Below, piece after piece: positions 1-12,596 of a stretch of DNA of 64,000 bases; the first letter of the stretch is position 1, and each line of letters opens with the position of its first letter. The DNA comes from Amoebophrya sp. A120 (taxonomy: Eukaryota; Protista; Dinoflagellata): NCBI GenBank assembly GCA_905178155.1, contig CAJINV010000004.1:7471768-7535767 (forward strand), written 5' to 3'. A program made the position numbers and the translations under genes. The notes below the pieces were generated by a model. The model made no database searches, was not told the DNA's origin, and worked only from the letters and a program-made list of their open reading frames with translations.

Positions 1-159
1 GGACAGTCTTACTCCACAAAGCTTTAGAAGAAGATGCACACGTCTTCGCCGATATAATTCCGGTCCGGGAACGCTGCATGGCAGGCTCAACGAATTTTTC
101 TCCTAGACTGTCTTTATTCGCCGCGGTCGCACGAGGACCAGTGCTGCTGGCACGAAAAA

Positions 160-368
160 TATCCAAGAAAAAAACATTGTAGGTGTAACTTTTTTGGAGG
201 AACAGCATTACAAATTTGTCTGGCATGACAGCAAAAACCTGTCAAGCGCAAATAGTACGCGAAAACGCCCTTTAATGGACCCTACGACGCACGCCAAGCA
301 TGACAGACGCAATCATCTTGCATGTTGCGCACCACAAATTTACACTAACAACGTTTTTTTCTTGGATA
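160..368. mobile_element. Introner, family E
   Basis: TIR TATCCAAGAAAAAAAC / GTTTTTTTCTTGGATA; DR AAAAA/GAAAA; removal +5 nt restores SRVF-RASSTG. Confidence 0.85.
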
Positions 369-458
369 GAAAACGCGAGATGGAGATTCTTGATCGCCTG
401 GGACGAGGACCGTCGGACCATTCTTAACCGTGCTGGGAGGTGACGGCGCCGGACCACG

Positions 459-711
459 TATGCAATGCAAATACGTCTGGGTCTGGAAATTTGTGATGCA
501 AGGAAGGGAATATTAAGCACCCTGTAATGCGCTCCCCAGCATGACAAGTTTTTCCGTAGTTCAGAGTTGCGTACTCCGCATGAGAAACTGCGTTTTTGCA
601 TGACAGACAAGGGGAACTCTTCGTTGACACGCAATACAGAGTTTAGAGTCATGCCAGACTAGCATGACAAATCTCGGAATCTCCCAGACCCAGACATATT
701 TGCAGTTCATA
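459..711. mobile_element. Introner, family B (TGCAAA..GTCTGGGTCTGGA TIR)
   Basis: TIR; DR CCACG; frame restored. Confidence 0.9.
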
Positions 712-1818
712 CCACGGTTTTCAATACCACAGTGGAACACCAGGTCCCGGACTTCGTCCATGGTCGCTTCTGGTAGAAATAAGGACAAGGCCACCGCATT
801 CGTCGCAGTTTTCATCTTCGAGGATGTTGACAGGAGATCCAGCTTGCGCACACGAAAACGAGCACTCATCTCATCCAGAAGCTGCTGATGTCCACAAGAA
901 CTGCGCTTCAATTCCGCTGCGAAGCTCTTCGACGTGCCAACCAGCGCGTAGCCGTAGTCCGCTCCCCGCAACATGGGAATATCCAGCGGACTGTCCCCAA
1001 ACGCCAAAATTCGACAGCCAGGGCTTCTCTGCCGCAAATGCTCCACAACTTTCAGCTTCGCCGCAGGATTGATAATGACGGGAGTATTTCGTTCGGGGTC
1101 GAGGCCCAAGACAACCACGAAGGGACAAAATGGAAATGAGCCAGGACAAAACGCGGCACTCACAGCTTGTTCCCAGACGGCTCTCAGGCCGCACGTGACG
1201 ATGACAATCTGCAGCTTGTTCGCATTTCCAATATTGTCACGTGACGCCACTAATATCTGTTTGATCAGGTCACGGAACTCCGGGTACAGCGATTGCGATA
1301 CCTTGTGCGCGACTTGACTACACAGCTTGCGGAACTTCGTCGGTCCGAGCACCTCGAGCACGTCGGCGTAGCGTTTTGCTGCCGAAAGAAACTCTGTGTA
1401 CTTGTAGGCAGCGGTGAAGATGGTTTCCAGACGAGTAATATCCGCCGTGCTACAGAACCCTTGGAGTTGCATTTCTTCTCGTCCTCGCTTCTGTAGCTCG
1501 GATTTTTCCAACAGCTCGAAGAAAAGCGCTCCCGTATCCATGGGAGCGAGTTTTCTGTCTGCGTCAAAGACCAGGTAGGTTTCGATCGTGGAGTTCTTGA
1601 CTGGACGAAGATTGTTGAGGCCAAAATCCAGGACCGCCGGGACGAGCTGTTGGTTGTTGAACCTTTCGTGGATCGTGAGTAACCACTCTGCTACCACCCG
1701 ATGGTAACTTGCGTAGTCATCCGCAGCTAACATGAGAAAAAACTTGCCGCGGGCGGAGGACATTCTCCGTGCTAATGCTGCTTCCTCGAAGGCCATCCAA
1801 GCGTCCACCATCTCCGTT

Positions 1819-2032
1819 CATCATGAGAAAAAAGTCTTAGAGTTACTACACATTTGTTGGAGTTTCTGCATCACAAATCTTCTCTGTGTGGCAGAGAAAA
1901 CTTGTAATGCGAACATCATAAGGGAAAACAGGAAGGAAACGAGGCTCCCAAGCATTTCCTGCATGAGAAAGCTTGTCTGTGTTGCCGGTCTTGCAACACA
2001 ATGTGTAACTGTAACACTTTTTTCTTGCGATA
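1819..2032. mobile_element. Introner, family E, absent from paralog
   Basis: TIR CATCATGAGAAAAAAGT / ACTTTTTTCTTGCGATA; DR CCGTT; empty site at ~7388-7392. Confidence 0.92.
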
Positions 2033-2960
2033 CCGTTTCACCTGCGAGTAGTACCTTTCGCACTCGCTTCCCCGTTTCTGCGTCTTTTGTGCACCGCTTC
2101 AGAATCTCAGACGCAGGGGTCCGGAGGTAGAAAATGTGTGTGTAAACCTCAGAGTCGGCATTTGTGAAAGCGGTCTCGAAAGAAGAAGAAGTGGGCTCAT
2201 CACCATCCGAGGACGACAGCAGCGTCGGAAAAGCGTAGTGGCCGGCAACGACTGCAATTTTCTGCGACGCGCGTGCGCTCGCTGCGATATCACTAATCGC
2301 GCTCTCACGCACGAGGATTTTGTCCGCGGGAGAGAGAGTAGCGAAGAGCTTCAGTAAACGGTCCTCTTTCTGCTCATCTAAAGGTTCATTTAAAGGCCTC
2401 AGCTCCGGAGACACATGGTAGTTCCTGGAGGATTGATTCATCCCAGACGCATCGTTGTAACCAAGTCTCTCCACTGCACAAGCAATCCGCTCCTTGCCAT
2501 CGATGAAGAGAAACAGGTTCTTGCCGTAGGTCGCACGTAAATGGTCCAAGATGTAGGATTTTCCGCTGCCGGAAACTCCGTAAATGCCCACAACGGGAGG
2601 AGCCGCGGGTGGAAAATCTTTAGGTCCTCCCCCATCTGAATGTAGAAACCCGCTTCTTCTTTTCTTCATTCGTTCTTCCGACGGCGGCTAGACAGCGAAA
2701 TTGTCGCCCACCACGCGGGGCGGTGCTCCTGCTAGTCGTGTTGCAACGACCTGTTCAGCATATTTCTTCAGTCTCGCTACTTCCGGTAAAAGGTTCGACG
2801 CGGTTTCGGTTTGATGTCCTCCTGCAGCTTCTCGAGTAATCAACGACTTGTTGTTGTTATTCGATGAACACCTCCCTTCAACATCAACGACGCTTTTCCA
2901 AGTATCGACGATTTCAACCCCGAAATCCTTCTGCAGCTCTTCGAAAATTTGTTCCGCACG

Positions 2961-3131
2961 TATCCCACAGAAAAAAGCTGGCAGGGCAGATTTGTAATGC
3001 AAAAATAAACACACAGAAAGATCTGTAATGGGCGGCCTCATAGCATGCTATTTAGGGCATGCAATACAAATTTTTTTGTCCATTTATTTTTGCACTACAA
3101 ATATGACCTGCCAGCTTTTTTCTGTGTGATA
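2961..3131. mobile_element. Introner, family G
   Basis: Long TIR CACAGAAAAAAGCTGGCAGG; DR GCACG. Confidence 0.9.
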
Positions 3132-3839
3132 GCACGCTCGTCCTGCCCATGCCCCGCACGCGACGCGACGCCGTCCCGTGCAACAATAATCCTCGTCGCA
3201 GATGAATGAGGGTCAAGAATTATCTGGCGCGCCATCGCTTTGACAGATTCTTGCACACAGCTGGTGAGGGTCAAGCCGGTCACGAGCACTTCCTCTGTAG
3301 CAGTGTCAGTTAGAAGCGCTCGCAGTGCGCTCTTCTGCGAATCGCTGCAGTTGAAGATGTCGTTGCTACACTTGGTTAGGAGTAGCAGAAAAGGCTTTTC
3401 GCCGCTGGCGCGATGTTTCGACCAATGATCCATTAAGAAATAACCGCGATTCCGGATCACATCACGTATTTCGTCCGCAAAGCCGCGGCCCTCATCTGTG
3501 GTGCACAAGTCCATAAGGGGGTCGACGTCAACATCTCCTCCAGCACCACTGGCAAATTGCGAACGCCGGTACTCGCTCCTGACGAGGAGAATCCAGTCGA
3601 CGCGACTACCAGCCTGCAAGGCTGTGGCGATGAGCTCCGGGAGCGTTTTGCGCACCAGCTGCTGCAGAGGACAACATGCCTCCTCCCCGTACTTGCGGAC
3701 AAACGGACCGTCTGACGTGACAAAATCGCGCACCGGGTCGATTACGACCAGTCCCAGCGAAGCTGGTTTCTTGGCGGATTTTTGGTTCTCGCGGTCGCTT
3801 GCCATGCTGGTCGACGGATCATGCGCAGTAACTAGTGCT

Positions 3840-3939
3840 NNNNNNNNNNNNNNNNNNNNNNNNNNNNNNNNNNNNNNNNNNNNNNNNNNNNNNNNNNNNN
3901 NNNNNNNNNNNNNNNNNNNNNNNNNNNNNNNNNNNNNNN
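3840..3939. other. Assembly gap (100 N)
   Basis: Run of N. Confidence 1.
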
Positions 3940-4313
3940 TCTTGAAATCGCTCGAAATTATTAAATGAAACAGTAGTTGCAGTGCCAAGAATGAGGTCTG
4001 CAACAGACACAATTTTTGCATTTTGATTTATTTTTATACGAATGAGAATCTTACAAAAAACAATTAGGGGTTGAAAGAATAAGAAAAACAAGTTTCTTCA
4101 CATGCATAGTAGTACACCGTACTGTACTTCGATGGTACCTCTAGTATGTGAAAGCATGAAACTCTTGTGTATAAATTTGCTCAAAGAAAAGTAGAAATTG
4201 CTCCACAGGATAGGTCGGTGTCCGCAAACCAAATCCTGAACAAGAATGCGCGAAAACAAAATCAAATGTTGACTTTTCTAGTACAACATATACAAGATAA
4301 AAATATTTTTGCT

Positions 4314-7300
4314 TTACACCTCCGTGTTGAACAGGCGGTTCCCCGTATCAGTCCCACCCACCCCATTGTACTGGTTCTCCGAAACGCGAAGGGTGAACAA
4401 ATACACTTTTACAACCAACCACGCTGAAGTAGACCGTGCGTTTTCCTCCTGAATCTGCTTGATCTGTTTCCTGAATTCGCTGTTTTCGTTCAAAGTCGCC
4501 GCCTGCACGACGCCGGTCAGCATCAGGATTCTGATTTCGTTTCTAGTCCTCGTGTTTTCGTTTTGTTGGTTTGTCGAGTTGAAGTTGTCAGGGAAAGTAG
4601 AACTTTTGTTTTTGTTTTTGTTTCTCTCCACCTCCACGATCACCTCCTTCGCCTTCTCCGCGGCAATGGTCTTGATGAATTCCACCATCGTCGCCCCGCT
4701 GTTCACCACCGGATCCACCAAAAGAAACACGCCCGCCCCACTGATGACATTGTGCTTATCCGGCAACAGATCGCCGGCTTGGTGCGGGAAGTCGATGCGC
4801 GCGGCGCTCATCTTGCCGAGGATGTCATAAACCCCGTCTGCCATGTACTTACCGGCTCGCATAATGGCGAGAATGCTGGCTTTTTTCAACATCCGGCTGT
4901 TTTGACCAAAGGAGAAGTCCGGTTCGAAACCTCCACCGGGACAAAGATGCCCCTGTTTGAAAATGATGTAAAGGTTTTTCTTGAAGAGCGCGATTTTTAA
5001 ATGTTTGTTTCCAGTACTGCAAGACGAGGTCGACCTACATGGAGGCAGGTGATCATGATAGTACTGCATTCGGTGAGAGGAAATTTCGACTGGCTCAAGG
5101 CCTGCTGGTGGTCGTCCCAAGAACTACTATATGCACAATGCGACAAAAAAGAAACTTCCTTACGTACCTGCACATGCTTGATATCGCACATTCCCAAAAA
5201 CTCGTCCCCAAAACAATCCAGCATCTTCAGCGCCAAGTATTTCCCGACCTCGGTGTGGATAGCGCCCAAGGCCGGCCCGGCGTTTGCCGCGTCGCGCATC
5301 TTCGTCGCCAAAATTTGGCTGGAAGGCAGGGTTGACCCGTCAAAACACAGCGCGAAGAAATCGAAATCTTGGCTCGTCATAGCTGGTGGACCACGACCGG
5401 AAGTGGAACAATTACGGACAGTCTTACTCCACAAAGCTTTAGAAGAAGATGCACACGTCTTCGCCGATATAATTCCGGTCCGGGAACGCTGCATGGCAGG
5501 CTCAACGAATTTTTCTCCTAGACTGTCTTTATTCGCCGCGGTCGCACGAGGACCAGTGCTGCTGGCACGAAAAATATCCAAGAAAAAAACATTGTAGGTG
5601 TAACTTTTTTGGAGGAACAGCATTACAAATTTGTCTGGCATGACAGCAAAAACCTGTCAAGCGCAAATAGTACGCGAAAACGCCCTTTAATGGACCCTAC
5701 GACGCACGCCAAGCATGACAGACGCAATCATCTTGCATGTTGCGCACCACAAATTTACACTAACAACGTTTTTTTCTTGGATAGAAAACGCGAGATGGAG
5801 ATTCTTGATCGCCTGGGACGAGGACCGTCGGACCATTCTTAACCGTGCTGGGAGGTGACGGCGCCGGACCACGTATGCAATGCAAATACGTCTGGGTCTG
5901 GAAATTTGTGATGCAAGGAAGGGAATATTAAGCACCCTGTAATGCGCTCCCCAGCATGACAAGTTTTTCCGTAGTTCAGAGTTGCGTACTCCGCATGAGA
6001 AACTGCGTTTTTGCATGACAGACAAGGGGAACTCTTCGTTGACACGCAATACAGAGTTTAGAGTCATGCCAGACTAGCATGACAAATCTCGGAATCTCCC
6101 AGACCCAGACATATTTGCAGTTCATACCACGGTTTTCAATACCACAGTGGAACACCAGGTCCCGGACTTCGTCCATGGTCGCTTCTGGTAGAAATAAGGA
6201 CAAGGCCACCGCATTCGTCGCAGTTTTCATCTTCGAGGATGTTGACAGGAGATCCAGCTTGCGCACACGAAAACGAGCACTCATCTCATCCAGAAGCTGC
6301 TGATGTCCACAAGAACTGCGCTTCAATTCCGCTGCGAAGCTCTTCGACGTGCCAACCAGCGCGTAGCCGTAGTCCGCTCCCCGCAACATGGGAATATCCA
6401 GCGGACTGTCCCCAAACGCCAAAATTCGACAGCCAGGGCTTCTCTGCCGCAAATGCTCCACAACTTTCAGCTTCGCCGCAGGATTGATAATGACGGGAGT
6501 ATTTCGTTCGGGGTCGAGGCCCAAGACAACCACGAAGGGACAAAGTGGAAATGAGCCAGGACAAACCGCGGCACTCGCAGCTTGTTCCCAGACGACTCTC
6601 AGGCCGCACGTGACGATGACGATCTGCAGCTTGTTCGCATTTCCAATATCACGTGACGCCACTATCTGTTTGATCAGGTCACGGAACTCCGGGTACAGTG
6701 ATTGCGATACCTTGTGCGCGACTTGACTACACAGATTGCGGAACTTTGTGGGTCCAAGCACCTCGAGCACGTCGGCGTAGAGTTTTGCTGCCGAAACAAA
6801 ATTATCCTGTGCAAAAGTATCGTATTCGTAGTAATTGCATTCATGCATACACAAATCTCCATACCAAGGTAAAACAGCATGACAAATTTCATTTGTCATG
6901 CTGACCGAATTTGTAATGCGATTTCTACTAGTGCGATACTTTTGCATTGCATAAAACTCGGTGTACTTGTACGAAGCAGTGAAGATGGTTTCCAGACGAG
7001 TAATATTCGCCGTGCTACTTCTGCTACAGAACCGCCCTTGCAGTTGCATATCTTCTCGCCCTCGCTTCTGTAGCTCGGATTCCAACAGCTCGAAGAAAAG
7101 CGCTCCTGTATCCATGGGAGCGAGTGTTCTGTCGGCGTCAAAGACCAGGTAGGTTTCGATCGTGGGGTTCTTGACTGGACGAAGATTTTTGAGGCCAAAA
7201 TCCAGGACCGCAGGGACGACCTGTTGATTGTTGAAGCTTTCGTGGATCGTGAGTAACCACTCCGCTACCACCCGATCGTAACTTGCGTAGTCATCCGCAG

Positions 7301-9160
7301 CTAACTTGAGAATAAACTTGCTGTGGGCGGAGGACATTTTCTGCGCTAATCCTGCTTCCTCGAAGGCCATCCAAGCGTCCACCATCTCCGTTTTCTCTTT
7401 GAGTAGAACCTTTCGCACTCGCTTCCCCGTTTCTGCGTCTTTTGTGCACCGCTTCAGAATCTCAGACGCAGGGGTCCGGAGGTAGAAAATGTGTGTGTAA
7501 ACCTCAGAGTCGGCATTTGTGAAAGCGGTCTCGAAAGAAGATGAAGTGGGCTCATCACCATCCGAGGACGACAGCAGCGTCGGAAAAGCGTAGTGGCCGG
7601 CAACGACTGCAATTTTCTGCGACGCGCGTGCGCTCGCTGCGATATCACTAATCGCGCTCTCACGCACGAGGATTTTGTCCGCGGGAGAGAGAGTAGCGAA
7701 GAGCTTCAGTAAACGGTCCTCTTTCTGCTCATCTAAAGGTTCATTTAAAGGCCTCAGCTCCGGAGACACATGGTAGTTCCTGGAGGATTGATTCATCCCA
7801 GACGCATCGTTGTAACCAAGTCTCTCCACTGCACAAGCAATCCGCTCCTTGCCATCGATGAAGAGAAACAGGTTCTTGCCGTAGGTCGCACGTAAATGGT
7901 CCAAGATGTAGGATTTTCCGCTGCCGGAAACTCCGTAAATGCCCACAACGGGAGGAGCCGCGGGTGGAAAATCTTTAGGTCCTCCCCCATCTGAATGTAG
8001 AAACCCGCTTCTTCTTTTCTTCATTCGTTCTTCCGACGGCGGCTCGACAGCGAAATTGTCGCCCACCACGCGGGGCGGTGCTCCTGCTAGTCGTGTTGCA
8101 ACGACCTGTTCAGCATATTTCTTCAGTCTCGCTACTTCCGGTAAAAGGTTCGACGCGGTTTCGGTTTGATGTCCTCCTGCAGCTTCTCGAGTAATCAACG
8201 ACTTGTTGTTGTTATTCGATGAACACCTCCCTTCAACATCAACGACGCTTTTCCAAGTATCGACGATTTCAACCCCGAAATCCTTCTGCAGCTCTTCGAA
8301 AATTTGTTCCGCACGTATCCCACAGAAAAAAGCTGGCAGGGCAGATTTGTAATGCAAAAATAAACACACAGAAAGATCTGTCATGGGCGGCCTCATAGCA
8401 TGCTATTTAGGGCATGCAATACAAATTTTTTTGTCCATTTATTTTTGCACTACAAATATGACCTGCCAGCTTTTTTCTGTGTGATAGCACGCTCGTCCTG
8501 CCCATGCCCCGCACGCGACGCGACGCCGTCCCGTGCAACAATAATCCTCGTCGCAGATGAATGAGGGTCAAGAATTATCTGGCGCGCCATCGCTTTGACA
8601 GATTCTTGCACACAGCTGGTGAGGGTCAAGCCGGTCACGAGCACTTCCTCTGTAGCAGTGTCAGTTAGAAGCGCTCGCAGTGCGCTCTTCTGCGAATCGC
8701 TGCAGTTGAAGATGTCGTTGCTACACTTGGTTAGGAGTAGCAGAAAAGGCTTTTCGCCGCTGGCGCGATGTTTCGACCAATGATCCATTAAGAAATAACC
8801 GCGATTCCGGATCACATCACGTATTTCGTCCGCAAAGCCGCGGCCCTCATCTGTGGTGCACAAGTCCATAAGGGGGTCGACGTCAACATCTCCTCCAGCA
8901 CCACTGGCAAATTGCGAACGCCGGTACTCGCTCCTGACGAGGAGAATCCAGTCGACGCGACTACCAGCCTGCAAGGCTGTGGCGATGAGCTCCGGGAGCG
9001 TTTTGCGCACCAGCTGCTGCAGAGGACAACATGCCTCCTCCCCGTACTTGCGGACAAACGGACCGTCTGACGTGACAAAATCGCGCACCGGGTCGATTAC
9101 GACCAGTCCCAGCGAAGCTGGTTTCTTGGCGGATTTTTGGTTCTCGCGGTCGCTTGCCAT
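4314..9160 (-). CDS. Multidomain fusion: isochorismatase/cysteine hydrolase + P-loop kinase + HAD-like hydrolase + uracil phosphoribosyltransferase-like domain; 4 introners and 1 GT-AG intron (4953-5167)
   Basis: LVVIDPVRDF...VTGLTLTSCV (cysteine hydrolase); GIYGVSGSGKS (Walker A); VFDADRTL and AFGDSPLDIPML (HAD); AIMRAG, LLVDPVVNSGAT and GTDTGNRLFNT (UPRTase). The frame is continuous after removing the elements. Confidence 0.85.
5575..5783. mobile_element. Introner, family E (duplicate of 160-368)
   Basis: Same TIR and DR as 160-368. Confidence 0.85.
5874..6126. mobile_element. Introner, family B (duplicate of 459-711)
   Basis: TIR; DR CCACG. Confidence 0.9.
6803..6953. mobile_element. Introner, family A (TGCAAAAGTATCG TIR), absent from paralog
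   Basis: TIR; DR AAAAT/AAACT; empty site at ~1389-1393. Confidence 0.92.
8316..8486. mobile_element. Introner, family G (duplicate of 2961-3131)
   Basis: TIR; DR GCACG; removal joins DERA-EQIFEEL. Confidence 0.9.
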
Positions 9161-9324
9161 GCTGGTCGACGGATCATGCGCAGTAACTAGTGCTATCAGT
9201 TATAATTATGTTTGTCTGGTGTTCGGAAAGTAATTAACTTTATAGTTTAAAGCAGCAGCTGAAGGTCAAAGTACAGCAAGAACTTGGACTTGGACTTGGA
9301 AGGATCGAGCTTTTTAGCTTTAGA

Positions 9325-10384
9325 TAGGTGGTGATTGGCGTTGCCTCTTACCCCAATCCTCGATAGACAGACGCGGGTTTACATCTGTTCGCGAACTGGC
9401 ACACGACTAGAAGGGGGCAGTGTGGTCGCCTCTCTGACGTGAGAACACGCCTTTACCCTAAGCCCCGAGCTATCTACAAGTTGCTTACAAAAATGATCTG
9501 TAAATTATATTTCACTACCGACGCCACTACATAGATAAAAACCCCAAACCCGACCTGACTACAAAAACTATTTCTAGAGCATGCCTGATTCCCGCGCTGC
9601 AGAGTTGGAGCATGTTGAAAGATTTTTTTTGTTGGATTTACAGGACCGACGACTTTCCTTGTCTTCGCACCACGGCGTCAGTGGTTTTTTTTTTTAGCTT
9701 TATGATACTGGTCCTTTCGGCTACTGAACAGCAAAGAATTACAGCACTACCCCTGCATCTGATCAACTCTTGCACACGCCGGGTCATACATAGCTATTCT
9801 AGTGCCATGGGTCTCCACCATAAACCATGGGCTTTTTCCTCGTTGCATATAAAATTTTAGATCTACAGGGGGCGATATGGGAGATCTGGGGCGGTTTCTA
9901 AGCCTGCTAAGGCATACCTACTCACCCGGTCGAGCCTAGCCTCAGTGCGTGTTAGTTAGTGTGATCGAGGGTGCCTGTGAACAGGCGGTAAGCTAGGTTT
10001 TCTTAGGTGGTTCAGACGTACTGAGGCGCTTATCTAGGTACGTGCTTCCAGCCTGCTGCGGCAGCAGCAGGCGCAACTCCATCCAGTGCAGGTTTTCGTG
10101 GCTGAGCATCAGCAGCCCCGGCGGTTGTCTTCTTCCCGGGTTGGCGTGAGGAAGGGCAGCACGTGACCGAAGCCCCGCGCCACCCTTCCTCGGTCTGTTA
10201 TTATTTTGATTGTTGGATGAAGCATCGCATGACCGGGTGAAAAAACGAAATGGGCACGAAAGCTACTCTAAGACCATCTTCCCCCCGGAACCCACGTTTA
10301 GACATTGGCCGCGATGCAAACAGCTACAGCCCACCGCACAGCAAATAGTCCCGCCTGGTGTAAGAACCTAGGACTCCAGTGCCG
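9325..10384. repeat. Diverged ~1.06 kb direct repeat, copy 1
   Basis: Colinear with 13765-14823 (e.g. GATTGGCGTTGCCTCTTAC, TCTACAGGGGGCGATATGGGAGATCT, GGACTCCAGTGCCG). Confidence 0.85.
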
Positions 10385-12596
10385 GGCAGATAGACTGCGC
10401 CCGAAGAATCTTCCGAAACATACAAACATCTTTTTCCGCTAGTAGCCCAATGGCAGGCGATCATACTCCCACCAGAACCCACAATAAATGACCTTGATCG
10501 CTGCCTCAAAAGATTATCGCAAGCATCTAGAAAAAATTAGTCCCTGAACATCCAGCCCCCGCCGCAGTCCCCGCACGCTTGTTCAGCTTATCCGGCCGCT
10601 GCCGCCCCTTGCCGCACTTTGCACGGCCTGTCGTTTGTCCATGTAGTCATGACCTATCTCGGGATCAAGGGCGCAGGGGCAGTACAACTAGCAGTCTGTG
10701 CTGCGCACAACAGACGTGCTGTCATGCCTATTTCACGATCAGGCCGGCACCGATCATACTACCAGGAGTGTGGGAGGTACGCACGCTCCTGGGGAGTATG
10801 ATCGGTCTGTCGTTGGCGTCGTCCCCTCCGCATGCTTGGATGCCGCTACTCGGCGTCGGCGCGCGTGTACATACCTCCGGGCTGTAAAGAACGGGGCGAT
10901 TCGCCGCCGGCATCCGTGCCTCTCTGGCGCCACCTCGAGCTAGGCCTGGGGCGTCGTCGGTGGATGGTGGGAAGCTATGCTACTGCTAAACCGAACTGGT
11001 GGAGGCTGGCGTTCTAGTGTCGGTCGGGTGGCAGTAGCAGTCCGCCCTGTCCGTGGTTGCACCGGGGAAGAAGTTTCCGTATTCAGTGCCGGGGAAGATG
11101 TTCTTGTTTCCGCCGTGCCATCGGTTGTCGCCACGGGGACGGAGATCTTAGTAATGTGCTCCGGCTTGCCGTTGCAGGGTGCGCCTAGGCGTGCGTCTCT
11201 TCCAGCTTGGCCACGCGCAAATTCGGTCGCCAGAGGGTTCCGTGGCGTGCTACTCCATCGCTTTTTCCTTGTTTTGTTAGCTGTGGCCCGTAAGTGGTCG
11301 CGGTGGGCCGCTACGTAAAAGAAGCAGAAAAATGCGCCTCTTCCCATGTTTTCTCGTTTTGTTGTTGCGTCGGAGTCGGCATTTTTAGGTCGTGTATAGG
11401 CGTCCCGTATGACCTGCTGCACAGATCCAGAAAAATGCATCGTATCATCGGTGCGCAGGGTGGCACTGGGGTGCAGTTGTTGGCGTCCTGAGCGTTCTCT
11501 TTTTTCGCATCATGTATGATTTGCGTCATTGGAAATCATCGAAACCTTTTGCGCATAAGACAATCGCAACACAGAACTTAGACATACAATTCCATGCATG
11601 AGAAGATGAGGATCAGAATCAGAAACAGTAGAAATAAATTTTTGCATTACCCCAACTACGACTTACCGCGCGCGTCTTAGGCAGCCGGAGACACCAGCAG
11701 CACTATTCGCTTGTAGGCCTGCCACAAAATGCATCTCATCATCATCATCAACTGTGAGTTAGGGACTTACTTTTCTTAGACAACAATCATAATGAATGCA
11801 GTGAAGTGCGCATGCAGGATTCGTATCATCAAACGAAGAACACCAGCTACGGGTCGCGGTACAACAACTTACGTGCTTTTATAACGGTGTCACCCATTGT
11901 GTCCTTCTGCGTCTGCAGGTCCTCGCGTCCCTGGCGCAGCACTGCCACTGGTGCTGCAGCCCCGTCCCCCGCTGTCCTGGTCTTTTTCTTTTGTTAATCT
12001 GCTTGTTTTTTAACTTCATTGCTTTTGTATAAGGCATTCATAAAGGAAAAGGCACACAGATTGACTTTCACGTGGTACATGGTCACAGTTGTATCTTCGC
12101 ATTCCGAACAATCGAATGGACTTTTTTTTTTTTGAAAGCGAAGTTCGACTTGGGGATCAAAACATCATGAGCAAGACCAGAGGGGCAGCACAGGACGAAA
12201 AGGGTCTCAGTTCTGTCTTGAACGTCTTTGTTTATCGATCATCGGTATGAACATCAGGTCTAACACATCTACAACTGAAACAAACATAGTCGATCACTGG
12301 CATGGGCGAAGTATTTGCACACATGTATCAGCAGCCGGTGCTTAATTTTCATCATCATTTTTTCTACACGACCTTTACAACTCCTCATCATGGTCGTACA
12401 TCGCTGCCGGACATGATCATCTTTTGTGAATGGTCAAACAAGGGACTCATAGCGAGCGTCAGCGAGTGTTCCACTGAGTGAAAAGAAGCCGATTAGTTTT
12501 CCTAAAAAATACTTCTGCTCTTAAGTACCCGCGGAGAATCAACGACAACATGTTTGGCAAAAGTATACCACGATCCGACTGGGTGATACCCGTCGG

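Larger units (their letters stand above)
1..3805 (-). pseudogene. Second copy (paralog or allele, 3' end off-window) of the isochorismatase-kinase-HAD-UPRTase gene, with an in-frame TAG
   Basis: Near-identical to 5416-9160. GAG(E) in the other copy is TAG at 2688-2690. An N gap at 3840-3939 separates the copies, so a haplotype assembly artefact is possible. Confidence 0.65.

Noticed and set aside
2688-2690. Stop-codon reassignment
   Set aside because: Only isolated in-frame TAGs; the long reconstructed CDS are stop-free and end in normal stops
3095-4021. ORF spanning the N gap
   Set aside because: Artefact of Ns; the real start corresponds to ATG 3805
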